From: Candidatus Peribacteraceae bacterium
Lineage (GTDB): Bacteria; Patescibacteriota; Gracilibacteria; Peribacterales; Peribacteraceae
NCBI GenBank assembly: GCA_028707875.1
Contig: JAQWAC010000003.1
Location: forward strand, 1 to 59,364
DNA length: 59,364 nucleotides
Direction: 5' to 3'
The position numbers and the translations under genes were made by a program. Shown here in pieces: positions 35,600 through 43,210 of this stretch. Within the stretch, counting starts at the first letter, position 1. Each line of letters begins with the position of its first letter. The notes below the pieces were generated by a model. It was not told the origin of the DNA. It searched no databases and saw only the letters and a list, made by a program, of their open reading frames with translations.

Positions 35600-37261
35600 T
35601 CACGCTATCTTGCGCTTGAGGAGGAGGGTCTGGCCGAGGCCCAGAAGGCCCGAGGCAAGAAGGAAAAGTTGATCAAATGCGGCGCCTGTCGGAGGGAGCT
35701 TGCGAACGACACCGAGCTTGCCGGTGAAGACGCGCTCGCTCAGAGAGACCGTTTCCAACCCTTCGCCGGACGCATTCACGACGTTGTCGAGGAAGGAGCC
35801 GCTCGGGGCATTGCGGGAGATTTCCACGCTGTACTTCACCGACCAGCTCTGTCCGGGATTGAGCTCCGGAATGAGCCAGACGAGTCGCTCACCTTCCATT
35901 TGACCGCGCTCGGCGCCGATCACCGTCATATACCGGTTATCGAGGCGATCTTCGATGCGCACATTGCGGAAAGCGTGATCCGTCGAGTTCGTGAGCGAAA
36001 CGGTGTAGGTGACGGTATCGCCGGGGCGCACTTCACTCCTGTCTGCCGTCTTCCGAAGAAGCGCTGCAGCACGCACGGTCTTTGTCGCAGAACCGGCGAC
36101 AACCGTGGTGATATCCACTCCGACCTGTCCCTTGGACTCCACGGAATTGCGAAGATCGGCACCGATGGGGGCATCTGTGCGCACATGGGCGATGAGTGTG
36201 AGAACGCGCTCCCCGTGCGGGCTCACCGTGAGGTTGGACCAACGCACGTTGTTTCCGGTCCACACGCCGCCGTTGGAGGCCTCCACGAATTCGGCATAGA
36301 GAGGCAATGCGTCGGAGACATCGACGTTCGTCGCAAGAACATCCTCGTTGTTGCGAATATGAATTTCATAGGTGAGTTCGGAAGCCGGAGTCGCCGTTTT
36401 CTGTCCGTCGGTGACGGAGACTTCGAAGTCACGAAGGATCGCTTCGCGGTGCACGACAGTCAGATCGCTCGCTGCACGGCCGTCCACCGACGCCTTGAAG
36501 ACGATATTGGCAAAGTCCGGAGCTTCACGTTCCACGACCGCCATCACTTCGAACTGACGCTCGTCATCCGCGCGAATGGCCTGATCGTTCCAGATGATGA
36601 CATTGTTGGACTGCGTGTACTGACCCGTCGCACCAAGGAAGGAAAGAGCCTCCGGAAGATCGGCACGCAGGGAGAAGACGCGATCCTCGGGCGAAACGTT
36701 CGCCACCGAAATGACGTAACGCACTTCCTCTTCCGGCGTCACGAACTCCTTGCCGTCGGATACGCCGATTTTGAGCGATTGCCGCAATGGAACGGCGGCT
36801 CCCGTCACGATTTGAGTCACATCCGCGGCACGCTCCCCCCCGGCAGTCACCTCGGCCGTCATCGTCGCACCATCTTCCGCATACGGACTCACCGCAATAC
36901 TCACGTAGAGACGCCGTGTGACCGTCGGACTCACGGAAACGTTGTTCCAGACAATCGTATCCCCCACCCGTCCGCCTCCGTCACTCGCCTCGATGAGATT
37001 CGTGAAGATCGGAAGTCTGAATGTCACATCATAGAATTCGGCAGTCAGAGCATCCGAGCGCAACGTAACGGTGTAGGTAAGTGTGCCGCCCGCTTCCACG
37101 GTCTGTACTCCGTCACTCAGCGTGAGGAAGAGCGGTCCGTTGCCGTCACTCGCGCTGGCCGGTGTTCCCGGAACCGAGACGGATGCGCTGTGGAGGGCGG
37201 TGACAAGCACGGCTGCGACCCCGAGGGACGCGAGTGCACGAAGTCTGGAAGAGGCTCTCAT
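35600..37261 (-). CDS. Sortase-anchored surface protein with DUF11-type repeats
   Basis: Signal peptide (MRASSRLRALASLGVAAVLVTA). At least 4 repeats of the (T/R)Y(T/E/V)(V/I)...N pattern. C-terminal LPPTG + hydrophobic stretch + KRKIA. Confidence 0.85.
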   Translation of the reverse strand: MRASSRLRALASLGVAAVLVTALHSASVSVPGTPASASDGNGPLFLTLSDGVQTVEAGGTLTYTVTLRSDALTAEFYDVTFRLPIFTNLIEASDGGGRVGDTIVWNNVSVSPTVTRRLYVSIAVSPYAEDGATMTAEVTAGGERAADVTQIVTGAAVPLRQSLKIGVSDGKEFVTPEEEVRYVISVANVSPEDRVFSLRADLPEALSFLGATGQYTQSNNVIIWNDQAIRADDERQFEVMAVVEREAPDFANIVFKASVDGRAASDLTVVHREAILRDFEVSVTDGQKTATPASELTYEIHIRNNEDVLATNVDVSDALPLYAEFVEASNGGVWTGNNVRWSNLTVSPHGERVLTLIAHVRTDAPIGADLRNSVESKGQVGVDITTVVAGSATKTVRAAALLRKTADRSEVRPGDTVTYTVSLTNSTDHAFRNVRIEDRLDNRYMTVIGAERGQMEGERLVWLIPELNPGQSWSVKYSVEISRNAPSGSFLDNVVNASGEGLETVSLSERVFTGKLGVVRKLPPTGAAFDQLFLLASGLLGLGQTLLLKRKIA

Positions 37262-37291
37262 GGATAGAGGGGGAATCCAAAAATGGAGGTT

Positions 37292-37320
37292 ACTCTAAAC
37301 GGGTTTATATGTTTTGTCAA
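37292..37320 (-). promoter_or_regulatory. Promoter TTGACA-17-TAGAGT for the DUF11 gene
   Basis: Read on the minus strand in an AT-rich spacer. Confidence 0.5.
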
Positions 37321-37399
37321 TATTCGTATTCTCCCGATATATTTCGCCACTAGTACGGATATTAACCATTTATAGGTCGATTTAAATGTATTCATGATC

Positions 37400-37436
37400 A
37401 AAAAGTCCCCCTGGAACAACGATATTCCAGGGGGGG
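37400..37436 (-). terminator. Rho-independent terminator (CCCCCTGGAA-8 nt-TTCCAGGGGG + ACTTTTT)
   Basis: 10-bp perfect stem, read directly, 33 nt after the TGA at 37472-37470. Confidence 0.7.
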
Positions 37437-37469
37437 TCTCATATGCACCGGAGTGCAAATTCTACGGGC

Positions 37470-37634
37470 TCATAGGTGCCGACGGGGTGCCCGGTGGCAA
37501 CAGCATCCGCTGCATCCTCCGCTGGCGATACAGCCAACACAGGGCGAGGAACGACCACAGGGGGTCATACCCGCCTTCTTGCGACCGGACTTCGCTTTGA
37601 TAACCTTCTTCTTCGGCTTCTGGGCGTTCGACAT
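37470..37634 (-). CDS. 54-aa Lys-rich / Cys-rich small protein
   Basis: MSNAQKPKKKVIKAKSGRKKAGMTPCGRSSPCVGCIASGGCSGCCCHRAPRRHL. AGGAGG lies 8 nt before ATG 37634. It has its own promoter and terminator, and backbone-like codon usage. Confidence 0.55.
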   Translation of the reverse strand: MSNAQKPKKKVIKAKSGRKKAGMTPCGRSSPCVGCIASGGCSGCCCHRAPRRHL

Positions 37635-37687
37635 GGACAGAGCCTCCTGCAACTAAAGGATCGGTAGAAAAATCGAGACTTGGTACA

Positions 37688-37716
37688 AAATTAAGTATTA
37701 TTATTGAATTTGTCAA
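37688..37716 (-). promoter_or_regulatory. Promoter TTGACA-17-TAATTT for the Cys-rich small gene
   Basis: Read on the minus strand. Confidence 0.5.
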
Positions 37717-37740
37717 TGATTCACTCCGCCTAATGCAGAA

Positions 37741-37818
37741 TGGTGGGCGGTACAGGGTTCGAACCTGTGACCTACTGGGTGTAAACCAGTCGCTCTGAAC
37801 CAACTGAGCTAACCGCCC
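37741..37818 (-). tRNA. tRNA-Val (anticodon UAC), CCA encoded
   Basis: GGGCGGT-TA-GCTC-AGTTGGTTCA-GAGC-G-ACTGG-TTTACAC-CCAGT-AGGTC-ACAGG-TTCGAAC-CCTGT-ACCGCCC-A-CCA. Confidence 0.9.
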
Positions 37819-37902
37819 GATGATGCGTAGCATAGCAAATATCAGTAAATATCTATCGCGAAGACAGTCTATGCCTGTCCGGAGCGATACCATGAAGGGA
37901 AA

Positions 37903-38000
37903 GGTGGGCTTATGGGATGGCAACCGGCGGTTTCCCTCCCATGTAAAACCTCTGACCTACTGGGTAAACCAGTCACTTTAAAACCAACTGCCAGCCCACC
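37903..38000 (-). pseudogene. tRNA-like relic related to the 5' half of tRNA-Val
   Basis: A 7-bp acceptor-like pairing GGTGGGC/GCCCACC encloses ACTGG-TTTAC-CCAGT-AGGTC (the Val anticodon arm minus 2 nt). The D arm is broken and ~45 nt sit in place of the T arm. Confidence 0.4.
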
Positions 38001-38022
38001 GAAGCCCGCAGGGCGTAGGTGG

Positions 38023-38035
38023 GAGCTAACCGCCC
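38023..38035 (-). other. 13-nt fragment identical to the 5' end of tRNA-Val (GGGCGGTTAGCTC)
   Basis: Read directly. Confidence 0.4.
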
Positions 38036-38100
38036 CCTCAGGCGAAGTGTAACAGAAAACCATGCATCATTAAGGGTGAGGGAAAATCCACACCTGTACA

Positions 38101-38129
38101 TTGCCCCCCTCCCCACTTTCTTCTAGAAT
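38101..38129 (+). promoter_or_regulatory. secG promoter TTGCCC-17-TAGAAT
   Basis: The -10 overlaps ATG 38128 and ends 7 nt before ATG 38137, so the true start may be 38137. Confidence 0.4.
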
Positions 38130-38349
38130 GAACCGGATGATTATTATCACAATTATTCTGACTGTCGTCAGTATCCTCCTCTCGTTCGCGATCCTCCTCC
38201 AGCACCGTGCTGCGGGGCTCTCCGCCACCTTCGGGGGAATCGGCACGGCCTACGTCCAGAGACGCGGCGCCGAGAAGCTTCTCTATCATGCAAGTATCTG
38301 GCTCGCCATTATCTTCTTCTCGATCACGGTTCTGCTCTGGTACGTCTAA
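38128..38349 (+). CDS. secG: Preprotein translocase subunit SecG
   Basis: Two TM helices with LLQHRAAGLSATFGG between them. The start is 38128 or 38137. Confidence 0.8.
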   Translation: MNRMIIITIILTVVSILLSFAILLQHRAAGLSATFGGIGTAYVQRRGAEKLLYHASIWLAIIFFSITVLLWYV

Positions 38350-38399
38350 AAGGAGACGAGTGAGAGGTTTCTCCTTTCCGCTTCTCTGTGCCCTCTGAC

Positions 38400-40598
38400 A
38401 TGCGCCAACTCGTGAAGTCCGCCGTTCGATACCAAAAGTGGGCTCTCCGCTTCTTCCTTGTTACGTTCGTGGCGGCGCTCCTCCTCCTTGCGAGACGGTT
38501 TCATCAGGAAAACACCACCCTCGTCCCGGAACGCGGTGGCACCTATATCGAGGGATCCGTCGGACAATTCCAGCCCCTAAACCCCTGGTTCACGGTCACC
38601 AATAACGTCAACCGTGACATCGTCTCCCTCGTCTTCTCCGGACTTCTCAAATACAACCCCGAAACAAAATCCATTGAGAACGATCTCGCGACGCTCTCCG
38701 TGAGCAAAGACGGCCGACTCTACACGCTGACGCTGAAAGACAACATCTACTGGCACGATACCACCAAGGAACGCCCGCACCCGGTGACCCCGGAAGACGT
38801 GCTCTTCACCTTCCAGACGATCCAGAATCCGGCGTTCCCGAATGCGCTCCTCCGGCAAAACTTCCGCGGCATTCAGGTGGAGAAGATCGACGACCGAACC
38901 GTGCGCTTCAAACTTGAGGAACCATATTCCTTCTTTGCAAGCAATCTGACGCTCGGCCTCCTGCCCAAGTCATCCTTCGAGGGCGTGCCGGTCGCCAAGC
39001 TCGATCAAGCACTCGACTTCGGGTTCAAGCCGATCGGAGCGGGGCCCTACTCGTTCAAAAGCCTGATGCAGACCGAGCTCTCGACCGAAGTCACCCTCGA
39101 GCGATTTCCGCGCCCCATTGATCCTGACTATTACCTCAAGCGCGTCATCTTCCGCATATTCCCGGACTATTCCTCTCTCCTCTCCGACATCCGCAATCTC
39201 GACGGCGTACGCCTCGTGCCGCGCAACGACAAAGGGGAGCCGATCATCCCGCGCAGATTCATAGCGATCAATTACACGCTGCCCCAGTACGTCGCGCTCT
39301 TCTTCAATCTCGATCATCACTTCCTCGCCGATCGCAATCTGCGCCTCGGACTCCAGCTCGGGACGGACAAACAAACAATCGTGGATGGGCTCGGAGAGAG
39401 GACCATCGTCGATACGCCGCTTCTGGAAATCGACACAACGGACTGGCGCTATAACTATGATCCCGAATCCGCGCAGGGGGCGCTCTTCCGGTCCAATTGG
39501 AATCTCCCCGAGAAGGTTCGCCTTCAGCGCCTGCTGGAAATGCGTGAAACCAACAGTACGGGACCGCTCCATGCCGACCCCATCGTGCTCCTCGACACGG
39601 GTGCCGCCCTGACGCTCACGGGATCACTCGCCGATACGAAACCGGGGTTCACCGTCAACGGGGCGCGCATTCAGCAAAGTCCCACATCCTCCGGAACATG
39701 GGTCGTCGCTCTTTCCACCATCGGGGGAACGGGCTCCCTCCGCCTCGGATCCAATCTGGTGCGATTCGCCGACGAGCGCGGCAAGCCGGTGGACTCACTG
39801 TACGTCTGGCGCACGGCCAATACCGAGGAATTCAAACGCGCCACGGAGGAGCAACATCTGGTGGACCTCTTCATCCAGTCGAAGGCGGGCAAACTCCTGC
39901 CCGATGACCGCATCACCACTCAGGATCTTGCACTGGAGCGGGGCATGCTCCGTCGACGTCTTTCGACGGATCTCACGGATATCCGCGTGAATGACCGGGG
40001 TGAGAAACTTTCTCTGCGACTTCTCACCAGTAGCTCCCCCCCGTCCTATCGCAAAGTCGCGGAACAGATCCAGAAGCAATGGGCAGCTCTGGGGGTGCAT
40101 GTGGGCATCGATATTCCGGAAACCCGTGATGCCTTCGAAAAGAAGCTCATCGCAAGAGATTATGACATCCTCCTGTACGGACAGTCCCTGCTCGACAATC
40201 TCGACAGTTATCCCTACTGGCACAGCGACGGCGTACAGAAGAACGACGGGAATCCGGCCAATCTGCGTCTGGATGCCTATAACTTCTCGCAGTACGCCTC
40301 CCTCAAGGCGGATGCCCTCCTCACCCAGATCCGTCAGACCTTCAACGAAAAGGAACGCCAGACGGCCCTCTCCGAGCTCCGTCAGATCCTGAAGGAGGAC
40401 GTTCCCGCCATCTTCCTCTACTCCCCTCTCTACACCTTCGCCTACCATCAGGATGTTCACGGAGTGGAGATCGGACGCATTTCCCTGCATTCGGACAGAT
40501 TCCTGACGCTCCACAACTGGTACATCCTCCAGAATCGCGTCTTTAAACCGGGAAAGGGCTGGCTTTCCTTCATTCCCTGGCTCTTTACAGTTCACTGA
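38400..40598 (+). CDS. Family-5 (peptide/nickel type) ABC substrate-binding protein, enlarged
   Basis: N-terminal TM anchor and an SBP_bac_5-like core (DIVSLVFSGLLKYNPET...YTLTLKDNIYWHD). 732 aa from ATG 38400. Confidence 0.85.
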   Translation: MRQLVKSAVRYQKWALRFFLVTFVAALLLLARRFHQENTTLVPERGGTYIEGSVGQFQPLNPWFTVTNNVNRDIVSLVFSGLLKYNPETKSIENDLATLSVSKDGRLYTLTLKDNIYWHDTTKERPHPVTPEDVLFTFQTIQNPAFPNALLRQNFRGIQVEKIDDRTVRFKLEEPYSFFASNLTLGLLPKSSFEGVPVAKLDQALDFGFKPIGAGPYSFKSLMQTELSTEVTLERFPRPIDPDYYLKRVIFRIFPDYSSLLSDIRNLDGVRLVPRNDKGEPIIPRRFIAINYTLPQYVALFFNLDHHFLADRNLRLGLQLGTDKQTIVDGLGERTIVDTPLLEIDTTDWRYNYDPESAQGALFRSNWNLPEKVRLQRLLEMRETNSTGPLHADPIVLLDTGAALTLTGSLADTKPGFTVNGARIQQSPTSSGTWVVALSTIGGTGSLRLGSNLVRFADERGKPVDSLYVWRTANTEEFKRATEEQHLVDLFIQSKAGKLLPDDRITTQDLALERGMLRRRLSTDLTDIRVNDRGEKLSLRLLTSSSPPSYRKVAEQIQKQWAALGVHVGIDIPETRDAFEKKLIARDYDILLYGQSLLDNLDSYPYWHSDGVQKNDGNPANLRLDAYNFSQYASLKADALLTQIRQTFNEKERQTALSELRQILKEDVPAIFLYSPLYTFAYHQDVHGVEIGRISLHSDRFLTLHNWYILQNRVFKPGKGWLSFIPWLFTVH

Positions 40599-40634
40599 AG
40601 CCTGTAGGATTGGATTGTGAATCAAAGTTGACCC

Positions 40635-40663
40635 TTGACAGCCCTTGATGCGGTCCGTAGAAT
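40635..40663 (+). promoter_or_regulatory. rplI promoter TTGACA-17-TAGAAT
   Basis: Read directly. 34-nt leader. Confidence 0.55.
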
Positions 40664-40697
40664 CCCCCGGCTTTGTGAAATGTTTTTGACTTGTCCC

Positions 40698-41147
40698 ATG
40701 GAAATACTCCTCCTCCAAGATATCCCCGGCATCGGAAAGAAGAACGACCTCCTGATCGTGGGTGACGGTTATGCCCTGAATTGCCTCCTCCCCTATCGGC
40801 AGGCCCTCGTTGCAACGCCGACCGTACGCCGCCGCTACGCGGAGGAAATCAAGCGCAGGGCGGAAGAGAAGCAGCGCGAGACGTCTTTGAGGGCGAGTGT
40901 CGCCGGAAAGGTGGCCAACAAAGAAATCACCTTCTCCCGCAAGGTGACCAAGACCGGAAAGCTCTACGCCGCAATCACCGAGAAACATATCGCCGAGGCG
41001 CTCAAGGATCAGCTCATGGTCATGGTGGACGAGACGGCCGTCGAACTCCCGGAGCACATCAAATCGACCGGATCGTTCGAGGCGGCGGTGAAGGCCGGAG
41101 ACTTCGTCCAGAAGTTCACGGTGAAGGTGACGGAGGAGAAGGAGTGA
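40698..41147 (+). CDS. rplI: 50S ribosomal protein L9
   Basis: MEILLLQDIPGIGKKNDLLIVGDGYALNCLLP... Confidence 0.9.
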   Translation: MEILLLQDIPGIGKKNDLLIVGDGYALNCLLPYRQALVATPTVRRRYAEEIKRRAEEKQRETSLRASVAGKVANKEITFSRKVTKTGKLYAAITEKHIAEALKDQLMVMVDETAVELPEHIKSTGSFEAAVKAGDFVQKFTVKVTEEKE

Positions 41148-41234
41148 TCGTTTTTGAAGCAGAATGTTTTCTAAACGTCAGGTAATTTGCGTATATTCGG
41201 AGCCGTCCCGGCGTAGTCCGCAGACGAAGCCGGA

Positions 41235-41311
41235 TGGTGGGCGAGGGTGGAATTGAACCACCGACCGCGGGCTTATAAGTCCCGTGCTCTAACCAACTGA
41301 GCTACTCGCCC
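41235..41311 (-). tRNA. tRNA-Ile with a genomic UAU anticodon, CCA encoded
   Basis: GGGCGAG-TA-GCTC-AGTTGGTTA-GAGC-A-CGGGA-CTTATAA-GCCCG-CGGTC-GGTGG-TTCAATT-CCACC-CTCGCCC-A-CCA. Ile-like body, with an A31-G39 mismatch. Confidence 0.85.
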
Positions 41312-41429
41312 GTGCTTCCAAGTGACGAACTGCCGACCTGACATCAGTATACAGAGATCGGTGTGCAGCATTGCGCATGATTGCCTGTCTTTCAAGTGTG
41401 CCACTACTTCGACGCGATCGTCATAGTAA

Positions 41430-41523
41430 CAATCGCGCGAAGGCAAGCTCTGCTTGCCTGGAGCGCAACCACTTAAGGGAAGGGTGGGCTCGCGGGAGGG
41501 ACACCGTAGGTGGCCCTTCCACG
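41430..41523 (-). repeat. Structured repeat R2, copy 3 (minus orientation)
   Basis: 3' hairpin arms AGGCAAGC/GCTTGCCT. Overlaps the last 17 codons of the cca ORF and ends ~120 nt upstream of tRNA-Ile. Confidence 0.75.
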
Positions 41524-42879
41524 AATAAACTCCCGCGCCTCGCTTTTCTTCGTCACCTCTCCTCTCACCTGCGCATCATGGAGAGCGGCAATCACCTGCC
41601 CCACTTTCTCGCCCGGTGCGAGACCGAGAATTTTCATAATTTCCTCTCCGGAGAGCAGTTGCTTCGCGGGTCGGGGATGGTCATCCAAAAAGCGGTGATA
41701 GTCCTGCAGGATTTCCCCGTACAGCGCGTAGTCCTGCGGATCCGTTCCCGCGATGTCCAGCCAGAAGATCTGCAGCAATTCATGGAACCACGGATGGTGG
41801 TACCAGTGCGTCTTGCGTTCCACGGTCATGTCCGCAAAGAATCCCATCATCATGTGATGGGTGATGAGCCAGTGCACTTTGTCCTTCCGGCGGGAAGGAC
41901 ACTGCAGGCGCGTGAGCACCTCGCTCGCCGTTTTGGCCGAAACGGGGGCATGCTCGTCAAAGCGGATGCGCTCCTGCAGGGAGAAGGTGTCCGCCTTTCC
42001 CACGTCATGGAAGAGCCCCGCAATGCGCACATCAATCGCGTGCTCGGGGAGGAAACTCTTGAGCAGCAGCATGGTATGGTCCCACACATCTCCCTCGTGG
42101 TGATACTCCTTGGGCTGTGCCATGCCCTTGCAGGCATGGAGTTCCGGACTGATGAACGTCATCATGCCCGTTTCCCACAAATCCTCGAAGGCACGATCAG
42201 GGTGCGGCCCGAGGAGCATCTTCTCCATTTCCCACAGGATGCGCGCGCCCGATAAGCCTTCCACGAACCTCGCATTCTCCTGTACCGCGCGGTAGGTGTC
42301 CGGATGGTACTGACCATCGAGAAGCGCGCGGAAACGTACGACGCGCAGCAACCTCAATGCATCGTGTCTGATGCGAACACCCGGTTCGCCGATAAAGCGG
42401 ATAAGTCGCTCCGTCAGGTCATCCTCCCCGTGGAACGGATCGTAAATCTCGCGGGAGATGGGGTTGAAGTAGATCGCATTGATGGTGATATCACGACGCT
42501 TGGCATCCTGCGCACGTTTGCCGAAGACAACAACTTCCGGATGACGCCCGTCCGATGCTTCGTCATCCTCACGGAACGTCGTCACTTCGAAGTTCAGACC
42601 TTTGAGACGCACGATGACACTCCCCAAATCCTTGCCCGGTGACCCGACGGTGTTCGTGAGGAGCTTCAGCACCTCATCGGGCAGCGCCTCCGTGGCGATA
42701 TCGATATCCTTCGGAATCCTCCCGAGCAGCATATCGCGGATTCCTCCCCCCACCCACCACGTGTCGTAACCCGCATCCGTCAGGATCTCCACGATTTTGT
42801 AGGCATTCTCCCCTTCTTTGGTTGCGAGAGTGGCGGTGATGATTTCCTTCGGGAGTGGCACGGTCAAAGTATATCGCAT
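41473..42879 (-). CDS. cca: CCA-adding tRNA nucleotidyltransferase with an HD domain
   Basis: GGGIRDMLLGRIPKDIDIAT head domain and HDVGK HD motif. ATG 42879 avoids overlap with the upstream gene. The track GTG start is 42909. Confidence 0.85.
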   Translation of the reverse strand: MRYTLTVPLPKEIITATLATKEGENAYKIVEILTDAGYDTWWVGGGIRDMLLGRIPKDIDIATEALPDEVLKLLTNTVGSPGKDLGSVIVRLKGLNFEVTTFREDDEASDGRHPEVVVFGKRAQDAKRRDITINAIYFNPISREIYDPFHGEDDLTERLIRFIGEPGVRIRHDALRLLRVVRFRALLDGQYHPDTYRAVQENARFVEGLSGARILWEMEKMLLGPHPDRAFEDLWETGMMTFISPELHACKGMAQPKEYHHEGDVWDHTMLLLKSFLPEHAIDVRIAGLFHDVGKADTFSLQERIRFDEHAPVSAKTASEVLTRLQCPSRRKDKVHWLITHHMMMGFFADMTVERKTHWYHHPWFHELLQIFWLDIAGTDPQDYALYGEILQDYHRFLDDHPRPAKQLLSGEEIMKILGLAPGEKVGQVIAALHDAQVRGEVTKKSEAREFIRGRATYGVPPASPPFP

Positions 42880-42893
42880 CCCCGCGAGGAGAC

Positions 42894-43145
42894 CTACCGA
42901 TACATGCACTTGAGAACAAGCAGGGATGTCGCCAACAGAAATTCAACGATGGTCGTGAGAATGAACGGCATGCTGGCGATGCACACACCGTATGCGATGC
43001 TCAGCAACAATCCGATCTGGTACAGAATCATCCACGGAATGGAAATGTCTTTGGTTGATTTGGTGCGCCATGACTTGATGACCTGAGGCAGCAGCGCCAC
43101 GGTGATCAAACCTCCCGATACATAACCGAGCAGCTCAACGTACAT
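42894..43145 (-). CDS. SemiSWEET (PQ-loop) sugar transporter
   Basis: 83 aa, 3 TM, LLPQVIKSWRTKSTKDIS PQ motif. Confidence 0.8.
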   Translation of the reverse strand: MYVELLGYVSGGLITVALLPQVIKSWRTKSTKDISIPWMILYQIGLLLSIAYGVCIASMPFILTTIVEFLLATSLLVLKCMYR

Positions 43146-43210
43146 GGCTCCATAATAGCAAATTTCTTTGTCGCATATCTGATGCGTTCAACAATCGGTA
43201 TACTTGCCTC

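Noticed and set aside
37870-38060. SRP RNA, RNase P RNA or tmRNA next to tRNA-Val.
   Set aside because: None of the hallmark motifs I know is present: GGAAGCAGCC-type SRP domain IV, GAGGAAAGTCC of RNase P, or a tmRNA tag ORF with a TTCGA T-arm end. The sequence is better explained as tRNA-Val-derived fragments.
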